This document shows, in pieces, positions 23,136-35,171 of a stretch of 64,000 bases of DNA; within the stretch, counting starts at the first letter, position 1; every line of letters starts with the position of its first letter. The notes below the pieces were generated by a model. It was given only the letters and a program-made list of their open reading frames with translations. It was not told the DNA's origin and made no database searches. The stretch lies in the NCBI GenBank assembly GCA_965240325.2, contig OZ251243.1, positions 310,001-374,000 on the forward strand, given 5' to 3'. The position numbers and the translations under genes were made by a program. The stretch is from Rebecca billardiae RCC1528 (taxonomy: Eukaryota; Protista; Haptophyta).

Positions 23136-25500
23136 TTATTGCGACGCGTCGTCGTGCGCCTTCATCACCAGGCCTGGCGGCGGGCCCCACGCACCACCGA
23201 TCGGAGGCAGCTCAAAGTGCGTGATGCCCCCAGCGGCACCGAAGGCGTCGCTCGCGTTGCCGTCGTCGAGCTTGCCGGTGGACATGGGCGCAAAGCTGAT
23301 GCTGGCGGCGGCAGTCGGGCTCAGAGAGAAGCCATCGTCACGCATGGTGGCCTCCGTGGTGGGCGACGCAAGGGGCGACATGGGGTTCGACGCAAAGGCC
23401 ATCGCGAGGATCTCCGGCGTGAGCCCCGCCGGGCTGAACTTCGAGTCGAGGGCGCCGCACGGAGGAGGCGTGGGCGGAAGCGAACGCGACGTGAACGCCG
23501 TGTCCGGGGAGGAGCTCACAGACTCGACGCCGCTCGTGTACGAGGTGCGAGCAGTGGGCAGCGAGATGAGGCTCAGCTCGTCGTCCTCCTCGTCCGGTGC
23601 GCTCACGATCTTCAGGATGCCCATGATGTTCTTGGTCACGCCCGAGCTGCACCCGGGGCCGGAGGGGCTCGCGCCGAGAAGCTGGTCATCCAGCAGCTCC
23701 TGCTGCCGCACCTCCTCCGCCTCACACTCCATCTTCACATCGTCGTCGTCCGTGCACACCTGGAGCGGCGAGGCGCCACGGTGGTCGTACCGCGCGGCGT
23801 CGGTGTCGTCGTACACGCCGTGGCCGATGGCCACGTTGCGGTTGAGGCAGAAGAGCTTGCGCACGCCCTGCGGCGCGAAGCGCAGGATGGTGCGCTTGCT
23901 CACGCCGCGGATGGCGCCGTGCTCGAGGAGAAGCCGAGCGATCCCCCAGTTCTGCTCCCTCACCGCGAGCGACAGGGGGGTCGAGCGAGCGGCGTACGAG
24001 GTGGCGTTGACGTCGGCGCCGCAGCTGATCAGGATGTTCACGCACTCCAAGGAGCGCTCGCAGTCCTTCGTGCTACGCTTCACCACTGCCATGAGTGGCG
24101 TGCGCCCGAGCGCGTCGGCCACGTTCACGCGTGCACCCTGCGTTGTGACACAGCGCGGAAGTGTGTGCGCGCGCGCGGCGGCGGCAGCAGGGGTGATGAG
24201 CCGAGCCATGGGTGGCACGCGCGTTTGGCGCGCGCGCGCGCGTCGCGACCGAGGGCGCGCGCATGGGTGCGTGCGCGCGCACGTGCTGCAGGAGGAGACG
24301 CAGGCAGCGCATGTGTGCCTCGAGGTCGCGTGCACTTGAGGCGGCGCCCAGCAGCGGCGTCGTCGACTCGGCGCCCGCGCGCGCGTTTGGATCGGCGCGG
24401 GCGCGGAGCAAGAGCTGCACAGCCGGGAGGTGCCCTTGCGCAGCAGCGTGGATGAGTGCCGTGCACGTGCCCGCCGGCGCGTGCTCGACGTCTGCGCCGC
24501 GCTCGATGAGCAGCCTCATGCACTTGGCCTGCCCCATGTCGGCGGCGAGCTTGAGAGGCGTCCACCCGTCGGCGCGCGCGCTCTCGACGTTGACGCCTCC
24601 CTCGTCGATGAGCACCCGTGCGACGTCGACGGCTCCGTGCATGCATGCGTCACGCAGCGCGGCCGAGAAGTGCAGCGCGCCGCACGCCTTCGGCGCCATG
24701 CTGCCGCGAGCCACCTCGTCGTGCGAGGTGAGCAGAAGGCGGACACACTCTGCGCGATTGCGGCGGCACGCGGCAATCAGGGGCTCCTGGTCGAGGATTG
24801 CGCCCGCGTGGATGAGCTGGCGCGCGACCTCGTGCTGGCCGAAGATGCACGCGAGGGTCAGGAGGGACTTCCAGCGCGACGTGCGCGTGTCCTCCTTCCC
24901 GCCGAACGCGCCGCTGTGCCTGGGTGCGCCGATGTTGAAGACGAGGTTGTCAGGGTCATCGTCGACCTCGTGAACCAGCACGGAGTGGTTGGGGTCGGCC
25001 TTGCGCTCGATGAGGAGGCGGACGACGCCGACGTGTCCGTACGCGCACGCGAGGGCCATCGGTGTCGCTCGCCCGAGCCACGCCGACTCGTCCGGCTCGA
25101 CGCGCACGCCCGCCTCGATGAGCACGCGAGACGTCGCGACGTCGCCGACCTGTGCGGCGACGAGGATTGGCGACATGCCATCCCTTGCGCTCGTGCGCGT
25201 GGGGTCGGCGCGGGCTTCGAGGAGGACGCGTGCGCACGTGACGTGAGCACCTGCACACGCGAGCAGCAGCGCGGTCGAACCCGCGCCGTCGAGCGGCGCG
25301 TTCAGGTCGAGCGCGGCGCGGCTTGAGAGCACGCACGCGACGCAGTGCGCGTGGCCGGCCGTCACAGCCGAGCGCAGGAGGTCGAGAAGGCGGGGCTCGT
25401 CGTTGGCGAGGCCGGTCGTGTTACGCTGCAGGTAGTGGGCGAGCTCGTCGGCGTGCGCGCCGTTGCCGCACGCCTTGCATGAGTGGTTGAGCGCGAACAT
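23136..25500 (-). CDS. Ankyrin repeat protein; intron 24138-24282; start uncertain
   Basis: Multiple ANK units (GSTALLLAC, GMSPILVAAQ, GWTPLKLAA, GRTPLMAV, STPLSLAV). A GT-AG intron joins the two ORFs. Confidence 0.85.
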
Positions 25501-25999
25501 CTCGTCGGTCGGTGCGTCGGTCGTGAAGGGCGGCGAGGCGAGATCCGTTGGCGCAGGCACGCGTGAGCGCTGGTCGTCTTTCGCTGCATCGCCAGCTCGG
25601 AATCCTCCACCGCGGCCATTCGGCCTGCATGCAGCCGAAGGCGCGCGAGGGAAGGCGTGCGATTGGACGAGAGAGGGATCGCGACGATTGGGTGGCTATC
25701 AAAGAATACTCACCCGGACGCGAGGAAGCAGATTTGGTCCGGGCCGCACCGGTCTCGGTATAGGTATCATCAATATCATAGATGGCGCTTATTGGCTAGA
25801 ATAGGCCGCCTTCCTCAAATAGTTGGATGGCGATGAGGCTACAGTTTATTTGTTTTAACGTGCTACAGTTTACTAAGAAGCGAGGCGCAATCACTCACAC
25901 TGAATCAGGCTGCGCTATGAAAATGTATTAACTATATTACTCCTGTCCGTGTTGGCGAGCTCCAATTCTCGCGCGCCTGATTATGATACGTAAGTAAGG

Positions 26000-27620
26000 G
26001 CACGGGATGCACCGCCTTCATTGGCCGTGGGAACATTCCGGGGCCGCCGTCAGCCGGAGTGTCGATCGAAGTTTCGAGGTCACAGCAAGAACCGTCGAAA
26101 ACCTTCGGCGGGAACGGATCCATACAGGCTCCGCTGCAAATCATGAACGAACCGCACGCAACCCCGTCCGTGGTCGGAACTCTACCACCGCGCCTGCTTT
26201 TGAGTCAGTGAGCGGTGGTCAGCCAGAGTGCTGGGGTCATTCATCTTTTACAACAGTATGCATGGATCAGCAGTCGTCATCGATCCTCCAGCGGCAGCAG
26301 GCTTCTCTCATATCTCTGGAGTACGGCGTGTGCTTCTCGGCCGTGCACACTGCTCATGCTGCTAGCACTCATCCTCAGGCGGACGGGACCGCAACTCAGC
26401 GGCCGCGCGGCATTAGTGCAATGCCAGTAGGGGGCAGCGTGCCCGCGGCAATTCAAATAGGCGCATCATTCTCTTGTACGTGGTGTGTGACCCCACAGCA
26501 AGATCAATGACGTGCAGTCAACAGTCAACACACGCGGCATCGGTTGCCCAATCGGACTGCGGCCGGCCCGCGTGGCCTAATGCCCTAATCACCATTTACT
26601 AATCACGCGCAACTACAACCAGCAGCAGTTTCGTCCGTTTCAAGTGAGGCGGTGCCCTTGTACTCATGTATAGCACGCACCTTCCTCGCTGCCAACTGCT
26701 GGTGAGCGTCGCTTGCTACTCACACTGATACTGGCTCCAGCAAGCCCTACACGGCAGAAACGCGTTCGAAGTTGCATCACCCGTCATCAGCCCCGAGCTC
26801 ATCGTTGACGGTACTGCGGCGATTGACCATTTGACCGCAGCGCGCCATTCGCCACGACTACTATTGGCGGCGTGCCCGGTGTCGATCGAGCAGGTACCGA
26901 CGCAGTAGAGTCGGTCCCCGCTCGCGCAGTGACGCAGCGCTGGACGAGCCGTGCCATTGACGCGATCTACAGCAGTACGTCATCGCTGACTGACATGCAC
27001 CCTCTCCGCTCTACCTCACGAGTCACGGGTGGTGCGGAGGTGATTGAGACTCTGCACGCATGCACGCTCAGGCTGGCAGCTGTGACAGAACCACTGCATC
27101 AGGCCCATAGCATGCGCACGGCGCGAGGCACTGAGGCCGTCGAGTTATATTGCGAAGGCGGCGCGGTGCGCGCGCGGCCTTGGAGCGCCGCCGCCCGCCA
27201 TACTGGTGATACTGCGCTCTGCGACCCACGCCTTGCTCCTTGCCCCCTTCAGCCGCGCCTACGATCAGTACGCCACCGGTGGACTCCGTGGAAAATTAAA
27301 TTGCATGACGCAGCCAAGATCTTCCGATTGCCGTGCGATCCGATCTACTCGGGGCGCACGCTGCTGCTTAGCGCAAATGTATGTAGGGCTGCATTCGCGC
27401 GCCATGCCGCCTTGTTGATTGAGCCTGCAGTTCAACAGCCTTGCGGTGCACGCTCACACAGCTACGGTTGATGAGTACCAATGAACACCCTGGCAAGCCT
27501 TGCACGCCATGAGATAGACAAGAGACTGCGAGCGCATTGAAGGGACGAATTGCGGAGCCGTATGAGCTGAAGGCGGTCGCCGACCACGTCTGCACACGTG
27601 TCAGCTGGCAAAGCTCCATG
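26000..27620 (+). mobile_element. Highly degenerate Ty3/Gypsy (chromovirus-like) integrase-chromodomain relic
   Basis: Ordered remnants PWEH, VDRSF, SRLLSYLW, STHPQADG (cf. HPQTDGQTER), KIKLHDAAKI and EPYELKAVADH..RVSW (chromodomain-like). GC is lower than in flanking genes. Confidence 0.45.
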
Positions 27621-28039
27621 CTCGAGTCCTCGCCCCGATGTGTGTTCACGAACAAGCCTATACGACGGCATGGGCAGGCCGTGCAAAGGCGCTTCCTCGC
27701 TCACCCGCACCTCGCGTCCCGAGTCACACATGTCGCGCGTCAGGTGGGCGCTCTCGGCTGAGCCAGGCGCAGTCTGTCACGCTCATTCTGAGGCGTAGCT
27801 GAAGCGGACGTGAGGAGCAATATGCGTGCCATGGAGGGCAGAATGGCGGCGTTCCAAGGCCGCGCGAGCACCGCGCCGCCTTTGCAAGGTAGCTCGACGG
27901 CCGCAGTGCCTCACGTCGTGCGCGCGGTGCGCGCCTCGGTGGGTCCCGCCCGATGCTAAAGAGCGGCCGTTGCCCGTTGCGGCGTTGCCAGCAGAAGTCG
28001 TTGCTCCGGACTCCGCCGGAGACGCATGGCGCCTGCCCG

Positions 28040-29899
28040 ATGTTAGCGCTCGCGACGCTCGCTCGTTGGCTGCTCGTGTGTGCTCTCGTGCCGCTCCGAG
28101 CGCGCGCCTTGGATGGCGGCGCCGTGGATGGCGCATGCGCCGAGCTGCGCCGCGGCAACCCGCGCGTCCTGGCGCTCTTCGTCGAGAACATGTTCTGGGG
28201 CCCGATGATGCTGTCTGGCCTGCACCAGTCTGGCTTCGAGGTCGGCGTCGCGTCGTACGAGCCAGACAACGTGACGCTGTGCCGGCAGGAGGCGGGCTGC
28301 GTGTTCTGGAGGCAAGGCAGCCCACCGCTCGTGCGCTTCGCCCGAGTGCTCTCGCGTAAGCGCACGTCCAACGACATCGTCGACGCGATCATCGACTGGC
28401 GCCCAGCGATCGTTCTGCCCGACCTGGCGAGCGCGGTCGTGCTGATGCGCAAGGCGGCGATCGTGGCGAAGCGGGGCGAGAGCGAGCCGGAGCACCGGGC
28501 GGCGCGCGTGCTCGCGTGCTCGCTGCCCGGGAAGGAGCAGCTGTGGGGCGTCCTCACCGAGAAGCTGCGGCTGATGAAGGCCATCGAGCGGCTCCCAGGC
28601 GTGCGAGTGCCGTGGGCGGCCACGCTCCAAGTGCGGCTGCGAGCGGGCAGCGGGCGGCCCACGTGCCTCACGGCGGCGGAGGCGAGCGTGCAGCCGGCAC
28701 TGGCGCGGCTCCCGCTCGTGCTCAAGACGAACAGGGACGCCAGCGGCCGCGGCGTGCACGTCTGCCGCACGCGCGCGCAGCTCGATCACGCGCTGGCCAC
28801 CGTCTGCACCTCCAAAGGCGGCTCGAAGGCGCGCGCCGAGCAGCTGGTCGAGGGGCACACGCTGGAGTACGTGGGCGCGGCGCTGGACGGCGTGGTGCTC
28901 GCGGGCGTGTGCTACGTCAAGTTCGTCACCTCGGGCGCCACTGGCCCGTCGAGCACGCTCCGCACCGTGAACAGCGCCCAGGCCGCGCGCTACTTTGTCG
29001 AGGTCGTCCGCGCGCTCCGCTTCAGCGGGGTCGGCGGCATCGACCTTCGGATGGACGCGCAGGGCCGCGCGTGGGTGATCGATCCCAACCTGCGGATGAA
29101 CGCGTACGCGGGGCTGCCGGGCGAGGCGTTCGGGCTGCCGCCACAGGGCGGCCTCGCGCAGTCGCTGCGCCGCGCGCTCGAGCTCGGCTCGGGCGAGGCC
29201 GCCGCGGCCGCTGGTATCCGCCCGGAGATGGTCAGCCAGAGCACCACGGTCTCGCGCGTGCGGCCGGGCATCTCCGACCCGGTGGAGCCGTGGGCGTACT
29301 GCCCGGACGTGCTCCTCGCCGTGCCTTGGGAGTTCGCGGACATGTACAACAACGCGTCCGTGCGACACGCCGGCACCTACTTCGACGCCCGCACGTGCGA
29401 GGTGCGCTTCCTGCGCGACGGCTCGGACGTCCGCGTCCGGCAGCGCTGCCCGCTGTGCCCGCAGCACTGCCTGCCCGTGCAGCCCACCAGCCCGAGCTGG
29501 GGCGGAGGCGTTGTGCACGCGGAGCAGGTGGGCGCCATGTGCCTGGAGAGCGAGGACTGGCTGCGCGTGCACCGCGGCTGCGTCGAGGTGGGCTCGCAGG
29601 TCACCATGCAGCCCAACGCGGTTGGACCGACGCACCAGGCGCACGTGTGCGGCAAGCGAGTCGTGCCTACTCGGAGTCCGGCATCAGCAGCGATGAGTAC
29701 GTCGCCAGCAGGCTCCGCCGCGGACGACTTGCTGACGACGGTACGCGTCGGAACAGGCGCATTCATGTGGTCGATCATCGTCATCGCTGTGTTCGTCGTG
29801 ACGATCATCATCGCCGTCGTCGTCGTCATCAGCGGCGGGCATCGTCAGCAGCAGACCGCACCAGTCATCGACTACAACTACCTACCGCTGCGATTATAG
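28040..29899 (+). CDS. ATP-grasp fold protein with signal peptide and C-terminal TM helix
   Basis: LPLVLKT..DASGRGVHVC, EQLVEG and GVGGIDL..D.QGRAWVIDPNLRM. N-terminal hydrophobic leader; TM FMWSIIVIAVFVVTIIIAVVVVI. Confidence 0.75.
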   Translation: MLALATLARWLLVCALVPLRARALDGGAVDGACAELRRGNPRVLALFVENMFWGPMMLSGLHQSGFEVGVASYEPDNVTLCRQEAGCVFWRQGSPPLVRFARVLSRKRTSNDIVDAIIDWRPAIVLPDLASAVVLMRKAAIVAKRGESEPEHRAARVLACSLPGKEQLWGVLTEKLRLMKAIERLPGVRVPWAATLQVRLRAGSGRPTCLTAAEASVQPALARLPLVLKTNRDASGRGVHVCRTRAQLDHALATVCTSKGGSKARAEQLVEGHTLEYVGAALDGVVLAGVCYVKFVTSGATGPSSTLRTVNSAQAARYFVEVVRALRFSGVGGIDLRMDAQGRAWVIDPNLRMNAYAGLPGEAFGLPPQGGLAQSLRRALELGSGEAAAAAGIRPEMVSQSTTVSRVRPGISDPVEPWAYCPDVLLAVPWEFADMYNNASVRHAGTYFDARTCEVRFLRDGSDVRVRQRCPLCPQHCLPVQPTSPSWGGGVVHAEQVGAMCLESEDWLRVHRGCVEVGSQVTMQPNAVGPTHQAHVCGKRVVPTRSPASAAMSTSPAGSAADDLLTTVRVGTGAFMWSIIVIAVFVVTIIIAVVVVISGGHRQQQTAPVIDYNYLPLRL

Positions 29900-30388
29900 C
29901 AGCACCGGCCATGCATCCGCCGTGTCATCGCAGTAGGTGCGCCCCTGCTGCGCGCAGGTTATTTGTTTTTATATGGCGCACGCAGCCGGACGAAAGGTCT
30001 GAGCGTGCCGAGTCGCGTGAAGCCTGACGCCGCCCGGGCCCAGGCCCAGGGTGAGGGACCCGAGCCCGAGGGGGGCGGCGCACGTGCTCCGCAAAATCAA
30101 ATATGTATATACATATATATACATATATACATGATGAACGAATTATAATAAGCGCGCGCATTTGAGTGGATCATCGTCGATTGCACTGCGCCCGTCGGGG
30201 GGCTGCTGCAGTGAAAAGCGCATCTGAGTGGATTGCAGTTCTGACCCGACACTAGTCACTACCGAGTCACTACGCGTCATAACGGGCTCATAACCGCTGC
30301 TGTCGCGCGATACTCTGAGTCGCAAGCCCGCGGACTCAGAGGCGCGGTCCGCGCGGTCTCGGCGGACCAACGGGCCGCCGAGGAGATG

Positions 30389-31864
30389 TCACTCATCGTC
30401 ATCATCGTCGTCGCCGCCGCTCGACGCGTCCGAGGAGGAGAACGGCATCGAGCCAGAGTCAGCGTCGCCTGCGACGGCCGCGCCCTCGGCGGTCTCGGCC
30501 AGGCCGAATGGCGTAGCTATGAATGGCGTGAGCGCCACGCGCCGCGTGGTGGGCGCGGCGTCCTCGCCTTCGAACCACACGTCCGCCCACTGCACCTCGG
30601 GCACGACTGCGGCGGGCCGAGGGGCAGCGGGCCGGCCGCCGCCTCCGGCCGAGGACGGCCCAGCCCCAGCCGGAGCGCTGTGCGCGGCGGCGGCCGACGC
30701 GTCCGCTGGCGAGGCGGGAGCGGCGTGCGCACTGGCGGCGCGCTCGGTGCCACCAGGGGTGCCACCACTGATCACTGTGTCCCGGCCCTCCGTCGGAGCA
30801 CGCTGGGCCAGCTCGTCTGCGCTGCTCGACTCGTCGTCGGTGCTGCTCGAGTCCTCCTCGCCGGACGCGCCCGCCTCGCCCACAGGCCCCGAGCACCAGT
30901 TGAATAAGTAGAGGTGGGTAAAGCCGTGCGCGATCTCGGGCACCACAAAGGGCTTGGGCGCGCACGCGCCCACGCCGCCGAGGCCGTCGTCAACGCGGAC
31001 GGACAGCTGGTCCGCCGCCCAGTCGAGGGAGAGGTGGAGCGTCACCCAGCTCGAGCCGAGCTGCGCCGGCCGTACCCGCCCCCAGACCCGCCGCCCGCCG
31101 CTCCCGCCGCCGCCGCCCTGCCCGCCGCCGCCGCCGGCCGCAGCGCTCTCGTCCAGCTCAAGCGTGTGCACCTGTGAGCTCGGCAGCCACACGTACCCGA
31201 GCATCGGCCGCGGCGGCCGCGCCCAGATCCGCGGCGGCAGCGGCGTGGCCAGGTCGACGAGCACGGAGAACAGGTCCCGCGGCTGCGGTGGCCGCCCCAT
31301 GTAGAACACGGCGAGGTCCTTCAGCGGCGCCTCGCCCGCCGACAGGAAGAAGTTCGCAAACGCGCGGCGCGGCGTGCGCTCTGCGACGCGCACGCGCAGC
31401 GAGATCGCGCGCGGCCGGATGGGCCGCGAGAACGAGTGGTACACGCCGTTGAAGTTCATCAGCCCGCCGCCGCGCACGCGCAGGCAGTGGCGCGGCGACG
31501 GCGTGTCGAGGCGCGCCGCTTCGATGCACTCGTAGCGCACACCGCCCGCGCCCGCGACCGTCGGCCCGTCATGCCAGCGCTCGCGCCAGCCCGGCGCGAA
31601 GTCCTCGAAGAAGAACGCGCGCTCCTGCCGGGCCATCTCGCGCAGACGCATTGCCCCCTCCTCGCTGCAGCGGTGCTCCCGCACGCGCACGATCTCGTCC
31701 GTGAACGCGTCGACGGAGGCGCGCAGCGACGCGCACACGGCGCGCAGCTTGGCGAGCTCGCGCGCCGACAGTAGAAGCAAGAGGCCGAGCACCTCGTCGC
31801 GCGCGAAGAAGGCGGCCACGCTCGAGACGAGCAGGCCGGCCTCGCCGCCCGCGCTTTCCGCCAT
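30389..31864 (-). CDS. F-box-like protein with beta-rich C-terminal domain
   Basis: DEVLGLLLLLSARELAKLRAVCASLR resembles an F-box. Long open frame ending in an acidic tail. Confidence 0.5.
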   Translation of the reverse strand: MAESAGGEAGLLVSSVAAFFARDEVLGLLLLLSARELAKLRAVCASLRASVDAFTDEIVRVREHRCSEEGAMRLREMARQERAFFFEDFAPGWRERWHDGPTVAGAGGVRYECIEAARLDTPSPRHCLRVRGGGLMNFNGVYHSFSRPIRPRAISLRVRVAERTPRRAFANFFLSAGEAPLKDLAVFYMGRPPQPRDLFSVLVDLATPLPPRIWARPPRPMLGYVWLPSSQVHTLELDESAAAGGGGGQGGGGGSGGRRVWGRVRPAQLGSSWVTLHLSLDWAADQLSVRVDDGLGGVGACAPKPFVVPEIAHGFTHLYLFNWCSGPVGEAGASGEEDSSSTDDESSSADELAQRAPTEGRDTVISGGTPGGTERAASAHAAPASPADASAAAAHSAPAGAGPSSAGGGGRPAAPRPAAVVPEVQWADVWFEGEDAAPTTRRVALTPFIATPFGLAETAEGAAVAGDADSGSMPFSSSDASSGGDDDDDDE

Positions 31865-32757
31865 GACGCGAGAGGACCCTTGGATCCGGTGCGGTCTTCC
31901 GTCCGGCCGGGGCTCCTCCATCCGGCGCTCGCCACCTGCCCGCAGCGTGACCGAGTCTCAGCTGCTCACGAGTCACGTCACACGTATGTCCAGCTAGCTA
32001 TGAAGACAAGCTGCGGCCTGCGCCCGGCAGCCCGCCATTGGCCCCGGCTGCGCAGGCGGGCAAAGGAGATGCATGCCGCCAGTGCGGTAAGCCGGTGACT
32101 CCTTAGTGACATTGTCGACCGTGTTGACCGTGTCGAGTGACGGAGTCGGGAGTGTCAGTCGACGACCGGACGAGGTCGATATGACGATACATTATTATAT
32201 TGTGTCATCATCATGTATTCATATTTCGGTCTCGGAGTCGGACGATTGCGGTTCGGCCTCGAGCCGCAGTCGAGGGCTCGAGGAGTCGGTCCGAGGTCGC
32301 GCCTGATGAGTCACTGATATGCCGGCAGGGTCACTGGGTCAGAACCGCAGTCATGTGATTGTGAACTGTGACTAACTGTCATAAACTGTCCGATGTCGAC
32401 GATATGATGATGACGATCGATATTCGTTCGATCGGATTTAAGATCAGTATCAGAACGTCTCACATGCCCAGGCGGCCAGTGGTAGTAAGTAGTCGTAACT
32501 AGCTACTCGGTAACTAGCTACTGCAGTCCAGCGTGAGCCGCCGCCGACTTTAACTTACGAGCGACTCGAGCGAGCCCGCGTCGGAGCCCGAGTCGACGAC
32601 CGCGGATCGGCCATGGGCATGCTGATACTGAAATTCAAATTATATCGACGGCGGATGCTGGACAGCCATCGCGCAGCACCGGCAGCGAGGCGCCGCTGCC
32701 GACTCCGCACCAGTAGCCTGGCCCCCGTGCTGCCGCCAGCGCGCGCCGCCACGCCCC

Positions 32758-33384
32758 TCACACGTGCTCCAGCTGCTCGCGCACGCGCCGCAGCCCGTCC
32801 AGCGCCGCGTCAAGCTGCGCCTCTGAGAGCTCGAGCGCGATCGATTGGAGCGCGCGCGCGTCGCCCTCGCGCTCGCGAGGGGGCTGGACGAGCAGGTCGA
32901 GGTCGACGACTGGTGTGGCTCTCCGCTCGTGCGCCTCGCCCGACACGCCCGCCGCGGCGGTGGAGGGCACGCACAGCCGCGCGCCGCACTGCAGAGTGAC
33001 GAGTCGCGACGCGCTGCTCACGGCCGATGCGATCAGCGCGCCCCGCCAGTGCTCCGCGTGGTGGCGCACGACCTGCGCGATGAGCGCTGCGAGCTGCGGG
33101 TGGAAGCCCTCGGGGAACGCCGAGATGATCTGCTCCTTCGTCTCGCTGGCGTAGAGCGCGCGAGAGATGACGCGCTGCGCGGACAGCACCACGTCGCGGG
33201 CGCGCTCGGCGCCGCCGTCCAGCTGCAAGCTCTCGGCGATGGCGGCAAGCCGCGCCGCGGGCATCGGGTCGTGTAGGCTGTCGAAGCTGGCTGTGAAGAG
33301 CTCGTTCACCGCCTGCTTCGAGGGCGCGGAGAGGAGCTCCTCGAGGGCAGAGCAGTCCTCAGCGGAAAGCGCGGCCGCCGCCAT
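32758..33384 (-). CDS. COMMD9: COMM domain protein 9-like
   Basis: LLSAPSKQAV, AFPEGFHPQLAALIAQVV..H..HWR and ELSEAQLDAALDGLRRVREQL. Confidence 0.8.
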   Translation of the reverse strand: MAAAALSAEDCSALEELLSAPSKQAVNELFTASFDSLHDPMPAARLAAIAESLQLDGGAERARDVVLSAQRVISRALYASETKEQIISAFPEGFHPQLAALIAQVVRHHAEHWRGALIASAVSSASRLVTLQCGARLCVPSTAAAGVSGEAHERRATPVVDLDLLVQPPREREGDARALQSIALELSEAQLDAALDGLRRVREQLEHV

Positions 33385-33424
33385 CGCTGCGGCCGAGAGT
33401 ACTTTCGGGCTTCTCCTTCCAGCG

Positions 33425-34516
33425 ATGGCTGCTGCCGGAGCGTGGGTGATCATCGGCGGCTACGCCTTGTCGTCGTCGGGCCTCGCGTTGGTGAACAAGC
33501 TGTCGCTGGTCGGCTTCGACTACCCGAACACGCTCCTCCAGCTCCAGTTTGCGTGCGCCGCCTCGGTGTCGTGGCTCCTCGGCCGGCTCGGCCTCGCGCG
33601 CGTGGACGGCCTGGACGCGCGCCGCGCGCGCGACTTCCTGCCCGCGGTCGTGCTCTTCTACGCGAGCTGCTTCGCGAACGTGCAGCTCTTGCGCCACGTG
33701 AACGTGGATACGTTCGTCGTCGTGCGCTCGTGCACGCCGCTCGCCGTCCTCGCCGTCGAGCTCGCGCGCGCGCACGTGCCGCGCTCGATGGCTGCGGCCG
33801 AGCTCGGCGCGCTCGCGCTGATGGGTGTGAGCGCCGCGCTGTACGCGGGCGCGTCCTCCGCGGAGCTGACGCGCGCGGGCGTGTGCTGGGCGCTCGTCTA
33901 CCTGGGCACGATGTGCGCGAACGGCGTCCTCGTGAAGGGCGTCGTCACGCGCGCACGCTTGTCCCCGTGGGGCCTCGTGCTGTACAACAATGCGCTGGCG
34001 GTGGCGCTGGCGCCGGTGGCCTCGCTGGCGAGCGTCGACGGGACGGCGCCCGACCTGGGGCTGCGGGAGACGCTCGGCGGCGCGCTCGTGTCCCTCCGCG
34101 GCTCGTCCGGGCCCGCCCTCGCCTCGTGCGTCGGCGGCCTCGCCATCTCCTTCTTCGGCCTGCAGGCGCGGCAGCTACTGAGCCCGACCTCCTTTGCCGT
34201 CGTGGGCGTGGCCAACAAGGCGATCACGGTCGCGGCGAACGCGGCAATGTGGGATCGGCACGCGTCGGCGGTGGGCACGTGCTGGCTGGCCGTGTGCATC
34301 GGCAGCGCGTTTGCGCACCAGCAGCTCGAGCAGCGCCGCGCGCGCATCGAGCAGGCTAGCTCGAAGCCCTCGTTATCCGCTGCTGGGCCCGATGCATCTG
34401 CGTCGCTGGCGCGCCCGGCGGCAGCTGGCACCGGGCGGCGCATGGCCGCCACGGTGGCAGCGCGCAGCCGAGCCAATGCCACGACGACGGCCTCGGCCGC
34501 CGCTGGCACTCAGTAG
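33425..34516 (+). CDS. Golgi GDP-sugar transporter (GONST3/4-like, DMT/TPT family)
   Basis: GYALSSSGLALVNK, NVDTFVVVRSCTP, WGLVLYNNAL and SPTSFAVVGVANK. Confidence 0.9.
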   Translation: MAAAGAWVIIGGYALSSSGLALVNKLSLVGFDYPNTLLQLQFACAASVSWLLGRLGLARVDGLDARRARDFLPAVVLFYASCFANVQLLRHVNVDTFVVVRSCTPLAVLAVELARAHVPRSMAAAELGALALMGVSAALYAGASSAELTRAGVCWALVYLGTMCANGVLVKGVVTRARLSPWGLVLYNNALAVALAPVASLASVDGTAPDLGLRETLGGALVSLRGSSGPALASCVGGLAISFFGLQARQLLSPTSFAVVGVANKAITVAANAAMWDRHASAVGTCWLAVCIGSAFAHQQLEQRRARIEQASSKPSLSAAGPDASASLARPAAAGTGRRMAATVAARSRANATTTASAAAGTQ

Positions 34517-35171
34517 CTGCTTGAAACCGCTACGACGTACGACTCAGACTGGCGGTGCGCGCCGGTATATATGATTAATCATCATTATTAAATAATGATA
34601 TTATACGTACGCGGATATATTATTATATGATGCGCGGATATGATGCGCAGACACTAGACAGTCCGAGTGCATGAACTTGAAGTTCACACCGTCACAGTCC
34701 GCGTCACGCGCGCGCAGGCGCGGCAGGATGAGCTGATGGCGTACTCGGAGTCGGAGTGGCTCGTCTGACCGTCCGCGATGATGACTTGTCGTCTGAGACT
34801 GAGTGCGCTTCGACTGACTGGCGTTACGTCGTCGTGGCGTCTGTCGAGTCGTCGCGATGCGCCGGTCGACATGTCAGCCGACAGATCTGTCGATGATGTC
34901 GTCTGCGCTGCGATCATCGCAGGCGGCGCAGCGCACGAGAGCCCGCTTCGTCTCTGGCCGGCCGCCGTCATTCGGAAGGAGTGTACACGCTCCTGCAGCC
35001 GGCGTAGCAGCCGCGCCAGCCGGAGCGGAGTGTCACATGCTGCAGCTGATGCGAGCCACCGGCAGCCAACCGCGTGCCGGGGCGGCGCAGCGCCGCCCTC
35101 GGAGCGCGAGGCCCCGCGCGGGCGCGAGACACGAGCCGCGCAGGGCGGCGGTAGCGGCGAAGACAGCGCTC

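Noticed and set aside
25935-27822. Possible decayed TIR pair tattactcctgtccg / cggacgtgaggagcaata
   Set aside because: It requires a gap and a mismatch in about 15 bp, and there is no clear TSD.
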